Origin: a bacterium
GTDB lineage: Bacteria > SZUA-182 > DTGQ01 > JAFGSM01
DNA length: 16,220 nt
Assembly: GCA_049472355.1 (NCBI GenBank)
Contig: JBLIRP010000012.1
Location: 1-16,220 of the forward strand
Direction of reading: 5' to 3'
This document shows, piece by piece, positions 15,255 to 16,220 of this stretch. The notes below the pieces were generated by a model that worked only from the letters and a program-made list of their open reading frames with translations, had not been told where the DNA came from and searched no databases. Within the stretch, counting starts at the first letter, position 1. Every line of letters starts with the position of its first letter. The translations under genes and the position numbers were made by a program.

Positions 15255-16220
15255 ACCAGGTGGAAACCCGACTGGCAATGGACAACGGCACCCCGGTCCG
15301 CAACACCCCCCTGCCTTATGGCCATCAACAGATTGACGAAGACGACATCCGGATGGTCACCGACGTGCTTCGCTCCGATTGGCTGACCACCGGACCGAAG
15401 GTCGCCGAGTTCGAGGAGGCGTTTTCACAGATCACAGGGGCGCGGCAGGCAGTGGCGGTAAGCAACGGCACCGCGGCGCTGCATACGGCAATGCACGCGG
15501 CCGGCATCGGCCCGGGCGACCAGGTGATCGTTCCCGCCATGACCTTTGCCGCAACCGCCAACTGCGTGGTATTCCAGGGAGGGACCCCGGTGTTTGCGGA
15601 TGTGTCGCCGCATACGCTGCTCATCGATCCGGACCAGGTTGTGCACAAGATCACCCCCCGCACGCGGGCGATCATCGCCGTCGACTACGCAGGCCAGCCC
15701 TGCGATTATGAAGCGCTTCGAACCATTGCCGGCCGTCACGGCCTGGTGCTGGTTGCCGACGCCTGTCACTCCCTTGGCGCCACCTACCGGGGCAGACCGG
15801 TAGGGACTCTGGCGGACCTGAACACCTTCAGCTTTCATCCGGTGAAGCACATCACCACGGGCGAGGGGGGGATGGTCACCACCGGTGACCCGGTAATGGC
15901 CGAACGGATGAGGCGTTTTCGAAACCACGGCATCGGCTCCGACCAGAACAAGCGGAACGAGCAGGGCACCTGGTATTACGAGATGACGGCCCTGGGATAC
16001 AACTACCGCATGACCGACTTTCAATGCGCCCTGGGGATAAGCCAGTTGCGCAAGCTCGGGGCCTGGGTGGCCGCGCGACAGGAGATCGCCCGGCACTACC
16101 ACCACGCCCTTGCCGATATAGAGGGTGTGGCCCCTTTGGGCGTGCACGGCGACGTTACCCATGCCTATCACCTCTACGTGGTCCGGTTGGATTCATCACG
16201 GTTCAAGGCAGGCCGCGAGG
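15251..16220 (+). CDS. pseC: DegT/DnrJ-family sugar aminotransferase, PseC-like (3' end beyond window)
   Basis: ATGA overlap with pseB; translates LPYGHQQIDEDDI..V..VLRSDWLTTGPKV.EFE, AVSNGTAALH, TFAATAN, DACHSLGA, FSFHPVKHITTGEGG (PLP Lys), WYYEM..LGYNYRMTDFQCALG. Absent from the ORF track because no stop is in the window. Confidence 0.9.
   Translation, partial: MNQVETRLAMDNGTPVRNTPLPYGHQQIDEDDIRMVTDVLRSDWLTTGPKVAEFEEAFSQITGARQAVAVSNGTAALHTAMHAAGIGPGDQVIVPAMTFAATANCVVFQGGTPVFADVSPHTLLIDPDQVVHKITPRTRAIIAVDYAGQPCDYEALRTIAGRHGLVLVADACHSLGATYRGRPVGTLADLNTFSFHPVKHITTGEGGMVTTGDPVMAERMRRFRNHGIGSDQNKRNEQGTWYYEMTALGYNYRMTDFQCALGISQLRKLGAWVAARQEIARHYHHALADIEGVAPLGVHGDVTHAYHLYVVRLDSSRFKAGRE

Noticed and set aside
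13995..16171. Minus-strand ORFs 13995-15278 and 15425-16171, and the pseB extension 14109-14276
   Set aside because: Shadows of pseB/pseC; the extension covers AT-rich intergenic DNA upstream of a clear RBS.
1..16220. CRISPR array, tRNA/rRNA, transposase or integrase
   Set aside because: No regularly spaced repeats, tRNA-like cloverleaf or recombinase motifs seen by eye.

Overview
GC-rich bacterial window; the lineage cannot be fixed from the sequence alone. Minus strand (6665 to 1): xseA-xseB, a stand-alone NusG-paralog antiterminator (UpxY/LoaP/RfaH-like), and a trpE-trpG-trpD-trpC-trpF' operon. Plus strand (7075 to end): a MOSC-domain gene coupled to feoA and feoB, then a Wzx/Wzy-type polysaccharide locus (OPX export protein, Wzc-like tyrosine kinase, pseB, partial pseC). 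An AT-richer DUF433/DUF5615 toxin-antitoxin pair interrupts that locus. Most notable observations: (1) a structured ~90-nt leader before a MOSC protein lacking the usual Cys motif in the feoAB unit; (2) a near-identical 15-bp palindromic site on both sides of the TA cassette; (3) the orphan antiterminator with a repeat/palindrome over its promoter; (4) a 51-codon ORF linking feoA to feoB via an in-frame TAG. All family assignments are from motif recognition by eye; no database searches were run.
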